From: Eledone cirrhosa
Taxonomy: Eukaryota
Length of the DNA: 64,000 nucleotides
Direction of reading: 5' to 3'
NCBI GenBank assembly: GCA_964016885.1
Contig: OZ024740.1
Span: 141,794,001 to 141,858,000 of the forward strand
Below the pieces are notes generated by a model that was not told the origin of the DNA, did not search any database, and saw nothing but the letters and a program-made list of their open reading frames with translations. Each line of letters begins with the position of its first letter. The stretch's first letter is position 1. Positions 1 through 13,861 of the stretch are shown here, in pieces. The translations under genes were made by a program, and so were the position numbers.

Positions 1-37
1 TACTTAGGGTAGTAGAGTGGGTAATAGGAACGAGTAG

Positions 38-136
38 GACCCCGACGGCTGAGCTCAAGCCGTTTCGACGGGTAAATCTGGACTAAATGAACATTTTTAT
101 CCTGGTAAATGAATAGCCGAGCTTCTTAGGGGGTAA
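38..136 (-). ncRNA. Type I hammerhead ribozyme motif, degenerate core (family A)
   Basis: The minus strand reads CCCC-CUAAGAA...GAAAC-GGCU(UGAGCUC)AGCC-GUC-GGGG. Stem I and stem III pair, but the CUGANGA box is mutated. Confidence 0.6.
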
Positions 137-1261
137 TTCCATATATGGTAAAAGTGATTGTCACAAGGATTGGTCAAAAGTTTGTTGTTGAGACACATAA
201 TTCTATCATGGCATTTTGTGGAAGGAAGGGGTAGATGAACTTGCCAGTAGAAGAGAGAGGGAGAGGGAGTAGAGGAAACCCAGTCGTGCGTTGAAAGTGA
301 CAACTACAGAAGAATCCTAAGGATAAGAGGTCAAGAGAAGTATACTAGAGAGAGGGAGGGGGGAGGAAGGCGAAACAATAAGTAAATCTATATGGAGTAA
401 ATATATAGAAAAATAAGAATGTTAAAAATATAAAAAAAACACAATTTCTGGTTACTATTCCCCTACCACAATCATCAAATCTCTCACTGGTACTGCTAGA
501 CTATAGAAAAGTTTAATAGGTGGGACGGAATACTAAATACTAGATTGTAGTGAAAGAATTTTATGAGTTAGTAGTAATCGGCCAAATCTATCTTACAATG
601 ACAAGTCAACAAGTAGGGGGCCAAAATACTAAAAAAAACTAATACGAAATAATAATTCAGAACCCCGAAACTAATACGAAATATTAATTCAGAATCCCGA
701 AAATGAATGCTAATACGATATATAAGAGTACCGCTACAATACATAAATTCTAATACAAACTACATAAATGCTCGTACGATATATATGAAAAATTTAATAC
801 GAAAAATTAATTCAGAATCCCCCCCCCCCCCCAAAAAAAAATACTAATATACGAGAAACTAAAGCAGAGATACCACTAAGAAATCTAGAAATCACGGAAA
901 TGGGGCAGCAATCAGATAAGAAAGCAAGTATCTGGGGTCTAGCACATCTGCTATAAAAAGCGGAGTCGGCCAATTCTATCATAGAATAGGGGGTGGGGGT
1001 GGGGGTACTGAGGCTACAGAGGACCGAAGGGCTGCCTCGGAGTGGGCGAGAAGGTGAAAAGAACGACGACAAAGAAGGAGAACTGGCGTGGAAGGACTAG
1101 GAAGGGATGGGGGGAAGAAGGAAATATAGAGGAAACGATAAAAAATATATAAGAAAATCTTACGTCTACCTTTGTAAGCAAGGGTTACTCATTACAAAGT
1201 CGGCAAGTGGGGTGTTACAGCCCTTGTCTACCCCCCGGTCATTATGGGGTTTGAGGGCGAG

Positions 1262-1660
1262 GTAAGTCCTACGCAATCTGTGTTTGCATGCAGTTACCAG
1301 TTCGTCTTTCTTGTTTAGGAGTTGGTCCGTCGAAAACAGCATTTGTATTGTTTCCTCTGAGCATAAGTTACCCGGACGGCGTCCTCCCGTGTAAGAGTTG
1401 GCTCTGGACAGTAAGCTCCAAGTGAGATTATAGGTTATATTGTTATCTTTGAGGTCCCAGATGTGGCCCGAAAGTGTAGTGGCGTAACGCCGGACCGGGT
1501 TTCGGAAAGTATGTCTGTGTTGGTATAGCCGGATCTTGAAGTCACACGCGGTTAATCCTATATAAGCTTTGTTGGAGGTTGCACTGGTAGATCACATTAC
1601 TATCTCTGCATCTGTTGTCGAGGGGGAAAATGGATCAAACAGGACAGTTACACCTCCTGG
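1262..1660 (-). pseudogene. Penelope-like (Naiad-type) C-terminal GIY-YIG endonuclease remnant
   Basis: Manual translation with one stop and one frameshift: RRCNCPV*SIFPLDNRCRDSNVIYQC / KAYIGLTACDFKIRLYQHRHTFRNPVRRYATTLSGHIWDLKDNNITYNLTWSLLSRANSYTGGRRPGNLCSEE...LLNKKDELVTACKHR. It shows the VIY-YIG, R, H, LC..E and LNK..E...C.H motifs. Confidence 0.9.
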
Positions 1661-2362
1661 TCGGCTCTCCACTGCTATCTAGGTTATTTCTTCCATAGGG
1701 ATTGAGTTTTTTGTTGTTAGAAGAGACGATGTTTTGTGCAAAGTTAGGTGTGGTGGTGTAGGACAGTTTGATGGTAATTTTGTTGATTATGTTGTGGTAG
1801 CGGATTCTGAATTAATTTTTCGTATTAAATTTTTCATATATATCGTACGAGCATTTATGTAGTTTGTATTAGAATTTATGTATTGTAGCGGTACTCTTAT
1901 ATATCGTATTAGTATTCATTTTCGGGATTCTGAATTAATATTTCGTATTAGTTTCGGGACTCTGAATTATTATTTCGTATTAGTTTGTTTTTAGTATTTT
2001 GGCCCCCTACTTGTTGACTTGTCATTGTAAGATAGATTTGGCCGATTACTACTAATTCATAAAATTATTTCACTACAATCTCGTATTTAGTATTCCGTCC
2101 CACCTATTACACTTTTCTATAGCTTAGCAGTACCAGTGAGAGATTTGATGATTGTGATAGGGGAATAGTAACCAGAAATTGATTCTTCTGTAGTTGTCAC
2201 TTTCAACGCACGACTGGGTTTCCTCCACTCTCTCTCCCTCTTTCTTCTACACGCAAGTTCAGCTACCCCTACCTTCCACAAAATGCCATGATAGAATCAT
2301 GTGTCTCAACAACAAACTTTTGACAAATCCTTGTGACAATCACTTTTACCATATATGGAATT

Positions 2363-2460
2363 ACCCCCTGAGACGCTCGGCTATTCATTTACCAAGATAA
2401 AAAATGTTCATTTAGTCCAGAATTAGCCGTCGAAACGGCTTTAGCTCACCCGTCGGGGTC
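2363..2460 (+). ncRNA. Type I hammerhead ribozyme motif, degenerate core (family A, mirror copy)
   Basis: acccc-CTGAGA...cGAAAC-ggctttagctcacc-cGTC-ggggt. The core box is one nucleotide short. Confidence 0.6.
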
Positions 2461-2490
2461 CTACTCGTTCCTATATATATATATATATAT

Positions 2491-2990
2491 ATTAGAAAGT
2501 GAGGTATTTTACAAAATGAAAAAAAAACGAGGTGTCCCACATGTGTGAACGTATAAGGAAAAACAATGAAATCGAAAATGCAACTGGAGTCCTTTTAAAA
2601 AAAATTATTTGGTTCCTTTACCGGTTTCGCAGTTCTTGTGCTTTTCAAAAGTAGAATTGAGATGGAAGTTTTGTGGTATTTTTTACATCTGGATGAGCAT
2701 TTACTTAAAAACGTGGGCATACAGGCATGTTGTACGTGTGTACATATATCTACATACGTATCTCTCTCTCTCTTTCTCTCTCTCTCTCACTGTGTGTGTG
2801 TGTGCGCGCGTCTGTGTGTGCGCGCGTCTGTGTGTGTGTGTATGTATGTGAGAAAAACCACAAAACCTCCATCTCAATTCTACTTTTGAAAAGCACAAGA
2901 ACTGCGAAACCAGTAAAGGAACCAAATAAATATATTTTTTTAAAGAAAGACTCCATTTGCATTTTCGATTTCTTCTTTTTTCCTTATACA
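2491..2990. mobile_element. HHR-bearing fold-back insert (family B) between (TA)n tracts
   Basis: About 2560-2690 is the reverse complement of about 2845-2990, with a microsatellite spacer. A third copy lies at 4797-5007. Confidence 0.8.
2883..2918 (+). ncRNA. Minimal type I hammerhead, U3/A8 core variant (family B); further copies at 2613-2655(-) and 4934-4971(-)
   Basis: ctt-TTGAAAA-gca(caagaac)tgc-GAAA-cc(a/g)g-TA-aag. The 4934 copy has stem II GCAG/CUGC, stem I CCUU/AAGG and a palindromic CCGG loop III. Confidence 0.75.
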
Positions 2991-3778
2991 TATATATATA
3001 TATATAAACTTAGATGAAGTTATTGCTAGACAACCACACACTTTGGCAAGCAGGCATACATTAGTTTTAAATATACTGCTACATAAATATACATTCTTAT
3101 GCATAGGTCGTTAAAATATACTTTACACAATAAATATTACAGAGATACACACACGTTGAAAACAATGTATGTTTATATTCGATCTTATAAGTGTAACCGG
3201 AAACTTCGACCGGAAAGTATATCTATAATATTAATAGGGTATAGATAATATATAGACGGACACAGAGGCAAATACACAGAGTTACAGACACAGGCCTACA
3301 CACAGAGACACTTATATACATATATATACATAAACATTACACTACATATTGCATATTGTGTGCACATATTGCTATTCATTGATATGACTGAGCTGTGCGC
3401 TCTGTTGCATAAATTAGTATGTGGATTTTTAAAGAATACATGGTGGATGGCTGAAATTCAGGTCTATATATAACATTGCATCATTTGGTTTATTATATAG
3501 TTGGATGCTGTTGTTTATGATTACATTTTACGATTAAATGCTTCATTAATCGAAGTTTGCAACTTGGTGTAATTTTTAGGGTCAATTTGTTAAACAGCTT
3601 GATTGAGTTTTCTACAAATTTCTCTGGTGGATTTTGGTCGATTGATCTACCCACCGTTAATAGAGTGCAATTTATTGTTCATTAAGTTTAAAATATATAA
3701 GCATACTAAATTTGAAATATCGGTGGAGTTTCTGGCTCTCATGCCTACTTTGAAACATTTAGTACTATTTTCTTTGGA

Positions 3779-3960
3779 TTGGCAGTATCGGTAGAGGGTC
3801 GGACGCCATGCTTTGACGCAAAGAGTTACGCCCCTTTCCATTCTGAGTTCAAATCCCGCCGAAGTTAACTTTGCCTTTCATCCTTACGGGGTCGATAAAA
3901 TAAAGTACCAGTAATGCACTGTGTAATTGCTGGCCTTGTGCCAAAAGTAGAAACAATTAT
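3779..3960 (+). mobile_element. tRNA-derived SINE with Deu/Nin-like central domain
   Basis: B-box gagttcaaatccc followed by ctttgcctttcatccttacggggtcgataaaataaagtaccag. A near-identical copy lies at 9878-10055. Confidence 0.85.
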
Positions 3961-4188
3961 TAAAGAAAATTCATTTTCTAGCGTGCATCAATTATATACG
4001 GTATGCAACAGATGCGTGGTTCGATTCCTGAAGGCAGCTCTAAACACTTTTCTTCCGCTTCCTGGAGTACTTTACCTGACTTATTCGACTATTATTTATG
4101 TAGTAAACCTGCATCTTGACGGCTTCACAAAAAAAAAGAAACACTTTCAAATTTGCCAATATTTCATAATACATACATACACGCATAC

Positions 4189-4225
<37 letters not shown>

Positions 4226-4228
4226 CAT

Positions 4229-4295
<67 letters not shown>

Positions 4296-4462
4296 CATGT
4301 TTAGATGTCTTTGCACATAAAAGCAAGCATATCTGACGAGATATCGAAAAAGAGTCGGGCCCGTCACCTTGATTGTACCCTGAGCTGATCGATATGAAAA
4401 CAATTATAATATGAAAATAAAGTTTGTACATATGTTGCAACACTGACTTCGACACTTTTAAA

Positions 4463-4522
<60 letters not shown>

Positions 4523-4525
<3 letters not shown>

Positions 4526-4774
4526 AACAAGGGAAGAGGAATACTGCGTGGTTGCACATGGGTTAGATATTATAAAATTAGTCCCTCATCAGTGATTTGT
4601 CAACCATCATTGGTATTTCAACGCATTAAAAATCAGATACCTCAGGTTGGTGCGAGCAATAACTAAAATAAGCTATTGGTACAAGTGAATCGCGTAAAGC
4701 GAGTGAGACAAGTAAACAACAAGAAGGAAAAGCAAACCGAAGGTCGGAAAACAGCAAGCAACATGGTTATTCGT

Positions 4775-4775
<1 letters not shown>
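4523..4775 (-). mobile_element. (TA)n-flanked insert (family C), diverged homologue of about 17435-17640(+)
   Basis: The two share the blocks cgcaccaacctgaggtat and tcactgatga.ggact, and both are flanked by TA-rich microsatellite. Confidence 0.55.
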
Positions 4776-4796
<21 letters not shown>

Positions 4797-4805
<9 letters not shown>

Positions 4806-5007
4806 GTGAGTTTTTTTTTACAAAATGAAAAATAACCGAGGTGTCCTAGTGAAAGTATAAAGAAAAAGAGATGAAATCGAAAATGCAACTGGAGTCTTAT
4901 TTAAAAAAAATATATATATATATTTATTTGGTTCCTTTACCGGTTTCGCAGTTCTTCTGCTTTTCAAAAGGTGAGTTGAGATGGAGGGTCTGTGGTTTTT
5001 CTCACAT
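4797..5007 (-). mobile_element. HHR-bearing insert (family B), 3' end in (TA)n
   Basis: Colinear with 2491-2697 and begins with the same (ta)n-ttagaaagtgag junction. Confidence 0.85.
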
Positions 5008-5077
5008 ATATACATGCACACACACATATACCAGACAAACACTCTCACGCACACATATATATATATATTATAGAGAA

Positions 5078-5400
5078 GGCCGGTGGCTTAGTGGTTAGAG
5101 CGTTGGGCTCTCACAATCATGATGCTGGGAGTTCGAGCAAAACCCGTTTCACAAACAGGTTGGGTCTTTGAGCAAAACATTGTATTTCACGTTACTTGCT
5201 CCAGTTCACTCAGCTGTGGAAATGAGTTGCGACGTCATTGATGCCAAACTATATGGACCTTTGCCTTTCCCTTGGATAATATGGCTAGTGTGGAGAGGGG
5301 AGACTGGTATGTATGTGTGACTAATGGTCTTCCACAAAAATATCTTGTTCGGGCTTGTGCTTTGGGGTTTGGAGAGTACAAAACCCATGGTCTTTACCCT
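5078..5400 (+). mobile_element. tRNA-derived SINE with Meta-like core
   Basis: A-box ggtggcttagtggttag, B-box gagttcgag, and core ttgagcaaaac...tgctccagttcactcagctg..gaaatgag. Relatives lie at about 14450-14740, 22303-22385, 43515-43620 and 56130-56400. Confidence 0.8.
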
Positions 5401-5430
5401 ATATATATGTATATATATATATATATATAT

Positions 5431-8331
5431 TGGAATAAATGCTCTGAAATAGCGATATATATGTGAATATAGACATAGAATATTCGAAAATATTCTGTAT
5501 GTTTATAATAAACATTTTGAAGACCTAATCGCTATAGAATAGAATACGTCACGTATTACAATTAGATTCTCGATAAAAGCAAGGGAAGTAAATCTACGCG
5601 TTTCATTCTTATTAGAAATCGTCAGGACCACATATCCAGTGCTTTTATCGAGAATGACACAGCTAGAGACTTATAGAATACTTAGCTGTGTACAGGAACT
5701 GGTTTGAAAGAGCGGTTGCCGGTCCGGCAGAAATTAGAAATTGGAATAAATGCTCTGAAATAGCGATATATATGTGAATATAGACATAGAATATTCGAAA
5801 ATATTCTGTATGTTTATAATAAACATTTTGAAGACCTAATCGCTATAGAATAGAATACGTCACGTATTACAATTAGATTCTCGATAAAAGCAAGGGAAGT
5901 AAATCTACGCGTTTCATTCTTATTAGAAATCGTCAGGACCACATATCCAGTGCTTTTATCGAGAATGACACAGCTAGAGACTTATAGAATACTTAGCTGT
6001 GTACAGGAACTGGTTTGAAAGAGCGGTTGCCGGTCCGGCAGAAATTAGAAATTGGAATAAATGCTCTGAAATAGCGATATATATGTGAATATAGACATAG
6101 AATATTCGAAAATATTCTGTATGTTTATAATAAACATTTTGAAGACCTAATCGCTATAGAATAGAATACGTCACGTATTACAATTAGATTCTCGATAAAA
6201 GCAAGGGAAGTAAATCTACGCGTTTCATTCTTATTAGAAATCGTCAGGACCACATATCCAGTGCTTTTATCGAGAATGACACAGCTAGAGACTTATAGAA
6301 TACTTAGCTGTGTACAGGAACTGGTTTGAAAGAGCGGTTGCCGGTCCGGCAGAAATTAGAAATTGGAATAAATGCTCTGAAATAGCGATATATATGTGAA
6401 TATAGACATAGAATATTCGAAAATATTCTGTATGTTTATAATAAACATTTTGAAGACCTAATCGCTATAGAATAGAATACGTCACGTATTACAATTAGAT
6501 TCTCGATAAAAGCAAGGGAAGTAAATCTACGCGTTTCATTCTTATTAGAAATCGTCAGGACCACATATCCAGTGCTTTTATCGAGAATGACACAGCTAGA
6601 GACTTATAGAATACTTAGCTGTGTACAGGAACTGGTTTGAAAGAGCGGTTGCCGGTCCGGCAGAAATTAGAAATTGGAATAAATGCTCTGAAATAGCGAT
6701 ATATATGTGAATATAGACATAGAATATTCGAAAATATTCTGTATGTTTATAATAAACATTTTGAAGACCTAATCGCTATAGAATAGAATACGTCACGTAT
6801 TACAATTAGATTCTCGATAAAAGCAAGGGAAGTAAATCTACGCGTTTCATTCTTATTAGAAATCGTCAGGACCACATATCCAGTGCTTTTATCGAGAATG
6901 ACACAGCTAGAGACTTATAGAATACTTAGCTGTGTACAGGAACTGGTTTGAAAGAGCGGTTGCCGGTCCGGCAGAAATTAGAAATTGGAATAAATGCTCT
7001 GAAATAGCGATATATATGTGAATATAGACATAGAATATTCGAAAATATTCTGTATGTTTATAATAAACATTTTGAAGACCTAATCGCTATAGAATAGAAT
7101 ACGTCACGTATTACAATTAGATTCTCGATAAAAGCAAGGGAAGTAAATCTACGCGTTTCATTCTTATTAGAAATCGTCAGGACCACATATCCAGTGCTTT
7201 TATCGAGAATGACACAGCTAGAGACTTATAGAATACTTAGCTGTGTACAGGAACTGGTTTGAAAGAGCGGTTGCCGGTCCGGCAGAAATTAGAAATTGGA
7301 ATAAATGCTCTGAAATAGCGATATATATGTGAATATAGACATAGAATATTCGAAAATATTCTGTATGTTTATAATAAACATTTTGAAGACCTAATCGCTA
7401 TAGAATAGAATACGTCACGTATTACAATTAGATTCTCGATAAAAGCAAGGGAAGTAAATCTACGCGTTTCATTCTTATTAGAAATCGTCAGGACCACATA
7501 TCCAGTGCTTTTATCGAGAATGACACAGCTAGAGACTTATAGAATACTTAGCTGTGTACAGGAACTGGTTTGAAAGAGCGGTTGCCGGTCCGGCAGAAAT
7601 TAGAAATTGGAATAAATGCTCTGAAATAGCGATATATATGTGAATCTTCAATGTTTATTATAAACATACAGAATATTTTCGAATATTCTATGTCTATATT
7701 CACATATATATCGCTATTTCAGAGCATTTATTCCAATTTCTAATTTCTGCCGGACCGGCAACCGCTCTTTCAAACCAGTTCCTGTACACAGCTAAGTATT
7801 CTATAAGTCTCTAGCTGTGTCATTCTCGATAAAAGCACTGGATATGTGGTCCTGACGATTTCTAATAAGAATGAAACGCGTAGATTTACTTCCCTTGCTT
7901 TTATCGAGAATCTAATTGTAATACGTGACGTATTCTATTCTATAGCGATTAGGTCTTCAAAATGTTTATTATAAACATACAGAATATTTTCGAATATTCT
8001 ATGTCTATATTCACATATATATCGCTATTTCAGAGCATTTATTCCAATTTCTAATTTCTGCCGGACCGGCAACCGCTCTTTCAAACCAGTTCCTGTACAC
8101 AGCTAAGTATTCTATAAGTCTCTAGCTGTGTCATTCTCGATAAAAGCACTGGATATGTGGTCCTGACGATTTCTAATAAGAATGAAACGCGTAGATTTAC
8201 TTCCCTTGCTTTTATCGAGAATCTAATTGTAATACGTGACGTATTCTATTCTATAGCGATTAGGTCTTCAAAATGTTTATTATAAACATACAGAATATTT
8301 TCGAATATTCTATGTCTATATTCACATATAT
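5431..8331. mobile_element. Retrozyme-like tandem array: 311-bp unit x7.1, then inverted x2.2, flanked by (TA)n
   Basis: Units start at 5431, 5742, 6053, 6364, 6675, 6986, 7297 and 7608. Orientation switches at about 7645. Units look identical, each holds one HHR, and there is no ORF. Confidence 0.92.
7823..7910 (+). ncRNA. Minimal type I hammerhead of the 311-bp unit; also 8134-8221(+) and seven minus copies at 5567-5654 + 311n
   Basis: ggtc-CTGACGA-tttct(aata)agaat-GAAA-cgcg-TA-gatt, enclosed by a perfect 15-bp helix ttctcgataaaagca/tgcttttatcgagaa. Loop III is the palindrome ACGCGU. Confidence 0.88.
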
Positions 8332-8335
8332 ATAT

Positions 8336-8436
<101 letters not shown>

Positions 8437-8644
8437 TGAGAGTGAGAGAGAGGGAAACTGTGTGTGAAAGACAGATAGATACCACCATAGTAACTAACTA
8501 CACAGCAAGTGACGCTTTCCCACCGATACTCCAAGTTATATGCCAACCGTTGTTGCCGGTTTACGTGTTCGTTACTAGAGACACCTTTGGTGAACTGAAA
8601 CGTTTAGTGTTCGGAAAAAGTGTGTATCTATGTGTGTGTGTGTA

Positions 8645-8726
<82 letters not shown>

Positions 8727-8915
8727 TGTGAGTGTATATGTGGGCTTTAGTATATGTGTGTGAGTTCATGTGCGACTGTATGTATGTTTACTTTTATGTT
8801 TATGTATATAAAATTATTCGTACACACATTCATAGACTTAGATGCCTATATATACACAAATGTGTTTGTATTAAATTATATACAGATGAATTCACAGTGT
8901 GTGTGTGTATGTGTG

Positions 8916-8980
<65 letters not shown>

Positions 8981-9877
8981 AAAAGCGGGGCACAGACAAA
9001 TACACAACAGAGATTGCAATATTGATAAAGCAATGTGGGAGAAGAGAAAGCAAAGAGGAGAGACCAACATAGTAATCCAATTACCAAACTCGATATATCT
9101 AAATTATATAATCCTTTTGTGAAAGAAGAGAAATATCTGATGATAAAAATAGGCAAGGAGGAGAGTCCTGCTGGCAGAATCACGTGTTTGATCTCTATTA
9201 AGACCATTCACCAGCTGCCACGTAGCTGAAGACCGAAACACTATTTATCTTGGTTTAGATTTAGAATGTTTACTGGAATGGAATGGACATCCATCGGTTT
9301 CGATGATGATTTTTAAAGTCATTCGTTCAATGGAACAGCCGGTTCGTGAAATTAACGTTAAAATAGCTGAACATTCCACAAACATGTTCACCCGTAACGT
9401 AGTTCTCAGTGACATTCAATGTGATACAGGGTATGGGAACACAGACCCTTTGACTTACAGGTATGATTCATTTTTTCTTCGACTGGAGTAACGCGAAATA
9501 AAGTGTCTTGCTCAAGATCCACTCCATTCAACAGACTTCCAAAACCTTTCCCTCTCATGGCTTGTGTCAAACCGAGGCTATGGCAAATGACGCTTCAGCA
9601 ATATGCCACACTGATCTATCATTAAAAGTATTTCATCTGCTATCGTCCGGTTTTTTTTTTAGATATCATGTTGTTGTGTGTATCCTACTTTATTTAAGAC
9701 GACATGGTATGATACAAGGTGGATTTAGTTGCTATTTCTACCAGATCTAGCAGCCGTATAAAGTCGCACTCGTTGACACGTAAACTGTTAAATGTTCTCA
9801 TTAAGTCTTAAGTTCGCCTTGATCTAGCAAACCTGAAGTCAAAGGCTTTCCAGCCGTAACAATCCTATTTTTTGTTT

Positions 9878-10055
9878 GCAGTATCGGTAGAGGGTCGGAC
9901 GCCATGCTTTCCAGCATAGTTACGTCCCTTTACGATCTGAGTTCAAATCCCGCCGAAGTTGACTTTGCCTTTCATCCTTACGGGGTCGATAAAATAAAGT
10001 ACCAGTAATGCACTGGTAAATTGCTGGCCTTGTGCCTAAAGTAGAAACAATTATT
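9878..10055 (+). mobile_element. tRNA-derived SINE (Deu/Nin-like); other copies about 10250-10385, 13515-13730, 25930-26042, 55740-55865
   Basis: Same B-box and ctttcatccttacggggtcgataaaa core as 3779-3960. Confidence 0.85.
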
Positions 10056-11061
10056 TACAACGAAGGAGGTTTTCTCACGCGATTCTAAATACAACAGAAT
10101 GTCAGGTTGTTGTGTATGTTGTTATTGGTGTTGATTAGCCATAAGGCTTGCCTGATAGAATAAACCTCTGTTTAACGCAGTTTTCTCAAATATTGTGTAT
10201 CAGGGTCTACATTATCCAAAATGTCATTACATTTTACTGAAGGCAATAGGTGACGAATTGGCAAAGTCGTTATAGCATCGGATTAAATACTTCGGTGTTT
10301 GTTTCGACCCTCTGCGCTTTGAGTTCATATTCGGTCGAGGTCAAAATTGCATTTCATCCACTTGGGGTCGATAAAAATATAGTAGCAATTGAAGGTCGGT
10401 AGATTGGTGGAATCGTTAAAACAGTATACTTTGCGATATAGTTCTGTGTCCAAATATGTTCTACATTCAAACCCGCTTCCTAACACCAGAGAAGTGGCGA
10501 GACTCTTGCCAGGATTTAAGACAAGCAGATAGTATACTCTTTCCACAACAGGCTCTCGTGAAAAGTAACTGGTTTTAAAAATCGATCATGAATATTTTCA
10601 AATACCCACTGTTATATGTTGAAGACATTCCTTACTCTGCTGCAAGCGGAAATAGCGAATAAGGCAATAGGGCATCATTTAAGAAAGTACTGTGAGTTAT
10701 TTCTTTCAGGTTGGGCTACGATGTAGTGAAGCATTATTGTTTGTTGACTTACAGAATGTCAAGCTTTATTGACAGGTCCAGCGACAGGCATTTGTCAAAA
10801 TTGCACATCAGAAATAAAATGTTCCACATTAGTTTTCTCTCACAATCCATAGAAATTACGACATAACTGGTGCAAACGTTTTCACCCAACGTCGATATGA
10901 AACAGATTGTGTGTATGACAGAAATTGGGAGAGCGCTGTCAAACATTAAAGTGTAGACTGGCGATTCAAACAAACAAACAATGGTAGCAGATGTATTCCT
11001 TAAAAGAAGACTGACATACGAGAGAATTTTGCAGATAGCGGTTAGTTGTTATGGGTCAGGT

Positions 11062-12080
<1,019 letters not shown>

Positions 12081-12082
<2 letters not shown>

Positions 12083-12613
12083 TTTTGAGTATATGTTGGT
12101 TGTATACCAGCACCTTAGTATGCAGGCTGGAGCACTCGACGAAGTGCGCAGGTTGGTTTGGTTACTCCGGAGTAATGTAAAATAAAGTTAAATAAAAAGT
12201 CAAATGTTTAAAATTTAGCTTCGTTTATTACTGCTATATATATTTCAGTGACAGCCATCTTTGGCTGTGACCTCTTCAGGCAGTCCGAATTAGTATGGTA
12301 TAGACAAGTACATATGTTGTTGAGGTGTATAATATTGTCATTACTCTGATATGCCCAGTTCATGGTTGGGTTGTTATTTCACTGAGGAACTGGAATCATA
12401 TGATTCCAGTTCCTCAGTGAAATAACAACCAACCAGGAACTGGGCATATCAGAGTAATGACAATATTATACACCTCAACAACATATGTACTTGTCTATAC
12501 CATACTAATTCGGACTGCCTGAAGAGGTCACAGCCAAAGATGGCTGTCACTGAAATATATATAGCAGTAATAAACGAAGCTAAATTTTAAACATTTGACT
12601 TTTTATTTAACTT

Positions 12614-12620
<7 letters not shown>
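12081..12620. mobile_element. Spacer-less palindromic HHR insert in (TA)n
   Basis: Arms of about 220 bp (12178-12399 and 12400-12620) are centred on ggaatcat|atgattcc with very few mismatches. The left arm has about 100 bp of extra tail. Confidence 0.92.
12514..12568 (+). ncRNA. Minimal type I hammerhead; mirror copy 12230-12284(-)
   Basis: actgc-CTGAAGA-ggtcacagcca(aaga)tggctgtcact-GAAA-tatata-TA-gcagt. Stem I is perfect and loop III is palindromic. Confidence 0.9.
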
Positions 12621-12660
<40 letters not shown>

Positions 12661-12916
12661 TCTGTGTATGTGTGAATATGTATATACTTACATATATACA
12701 TAAACACAACAAAAGCAGTTGCCACCATACTCTGGCTAAACAATCGAATATACATGACAGGCCACTTTGTCGATAATATTGACATTTGAAAAGGGTGTAC
12801 CCAAGGTCTCAATAATTTCAAATATGTTATGAGAAAAAGAGGCATAAATCGTGTTTTTAATTAAATGTAGCCGATATAGAAAATATTTCCATTACATATA
12901 TACATATATAAATGTT

Positions 12917-12955
<39 letters not shown>

Positions 12956-13778
12956 ATATATATATGTATATATATAATATACCCAATATAGAAAATATTT
13001 CCATTACATATATGCATATCTAAATGTGTATATATATATATATATATATATGTGTGTATGTTTGTATGTATATATGTATATATAAATGTGTTGTTATACA
13101 TATATATTTAGATAGATATATATATAGAGAGAGAGGGGGGATATATATACCTATTCATATGCATGTAAATATGTGTTTGTTCATATATTCGCAAATATAG
13201 ACACATATACATAAATTTACGCCTCCATAGACGTTTCTTCTGTCTCCAGTATGTTCTCTCTCACAAACACACTTACATGAACATATGCAGACACACACAC
13301 ATATATATATACGTACTCACATACACACATTCCTATTTTTCAATTATTTCACGATTACATTTCACAGTTTCTTACCATCAATCATGAAGGTATCTATATC
13401 CAGCAAACACTATTTAGAATTGGCAGGAACTACTTTTTCTCTAGTGTGTTCTTTTTTATCTAAAAACTAATGATTTCTCTATTTTTTCTCAATTATTTAT
13501 TTATTAAGCTCAGTGAATTGATAGAGTAGTTAAAGCGTCGAGCAAATGCTGTGCCTCACTTTTCAAATCATGAGTTCAAATCCCGCCGTGATTAGCTTTG
13601 ACTTTCATCTTTACGAGGTCCACAAAATAAAGTACCACTAACACACTGTAGTCGATGTAATCGACTTTCCACTTCATCTCCGCCCAAAATTGTTGGCCAT
13701 GTGCCTAAATCAGAAAACATCATTTATAAATTTTATCTAAAAAAATAATAGAAACTCATACATGCACCCCTATGCACT

Positions 13779-13856
<78 letters not shown>

Positions 13857-13861
<5 letters not shown>

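Larger units (their letters stand above)
1..2471. mobile_element. Penelope-like retroelement 3' portion with inverted (fold-back) second arm, ending in (TA)n; runs off the left window edge
   Basis: 25-316 is the reverse complement of about 2181-2471, and 443-820 of about 1802-2180. A GIY-YIG remnant lies on the minus strand between the arms. Each arm has an HHR motif, and the right end abuts (TA)n. Confidence 0.9.

Noticed and set aside
97-303. Duplicated 68-aa ORF (also 2194-2400)
   Set aside because: It is a by-product of the inverted arms in the 3' non-coding region of the Penelope-like element and starts at a non-ATG codon.
1630-1645. In-frame TGA in GIY-YIG remnants as selenocysteine, as reported for some Naiads (also about 57774)
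   Set aside because: Both TGAs fall at non-Cys positions (CNCPV*, C*LC) and are best explained as CGA-to-TGA decay in already degraded copies.
3840-3865. tRNA genes at gttcaaatccc motifs
   Set aside because: These are B-boxes of SINE heads, with no cloverleaf, and are followed by the SINE core.
5431-8331. CRISPR array or coding repeat
   Set aside because: Units are wholly identical with no unique spacers, there are no cas genes or ORF, and the context is eukaryotic.
12081-12620. Palindromes as sequencing fold-back artefacts or MITEs
   Set aside because: Arms differ by substitutions and indels, have asymmetric tails and resume unique flanks. Read-level confirmation is still advisable.
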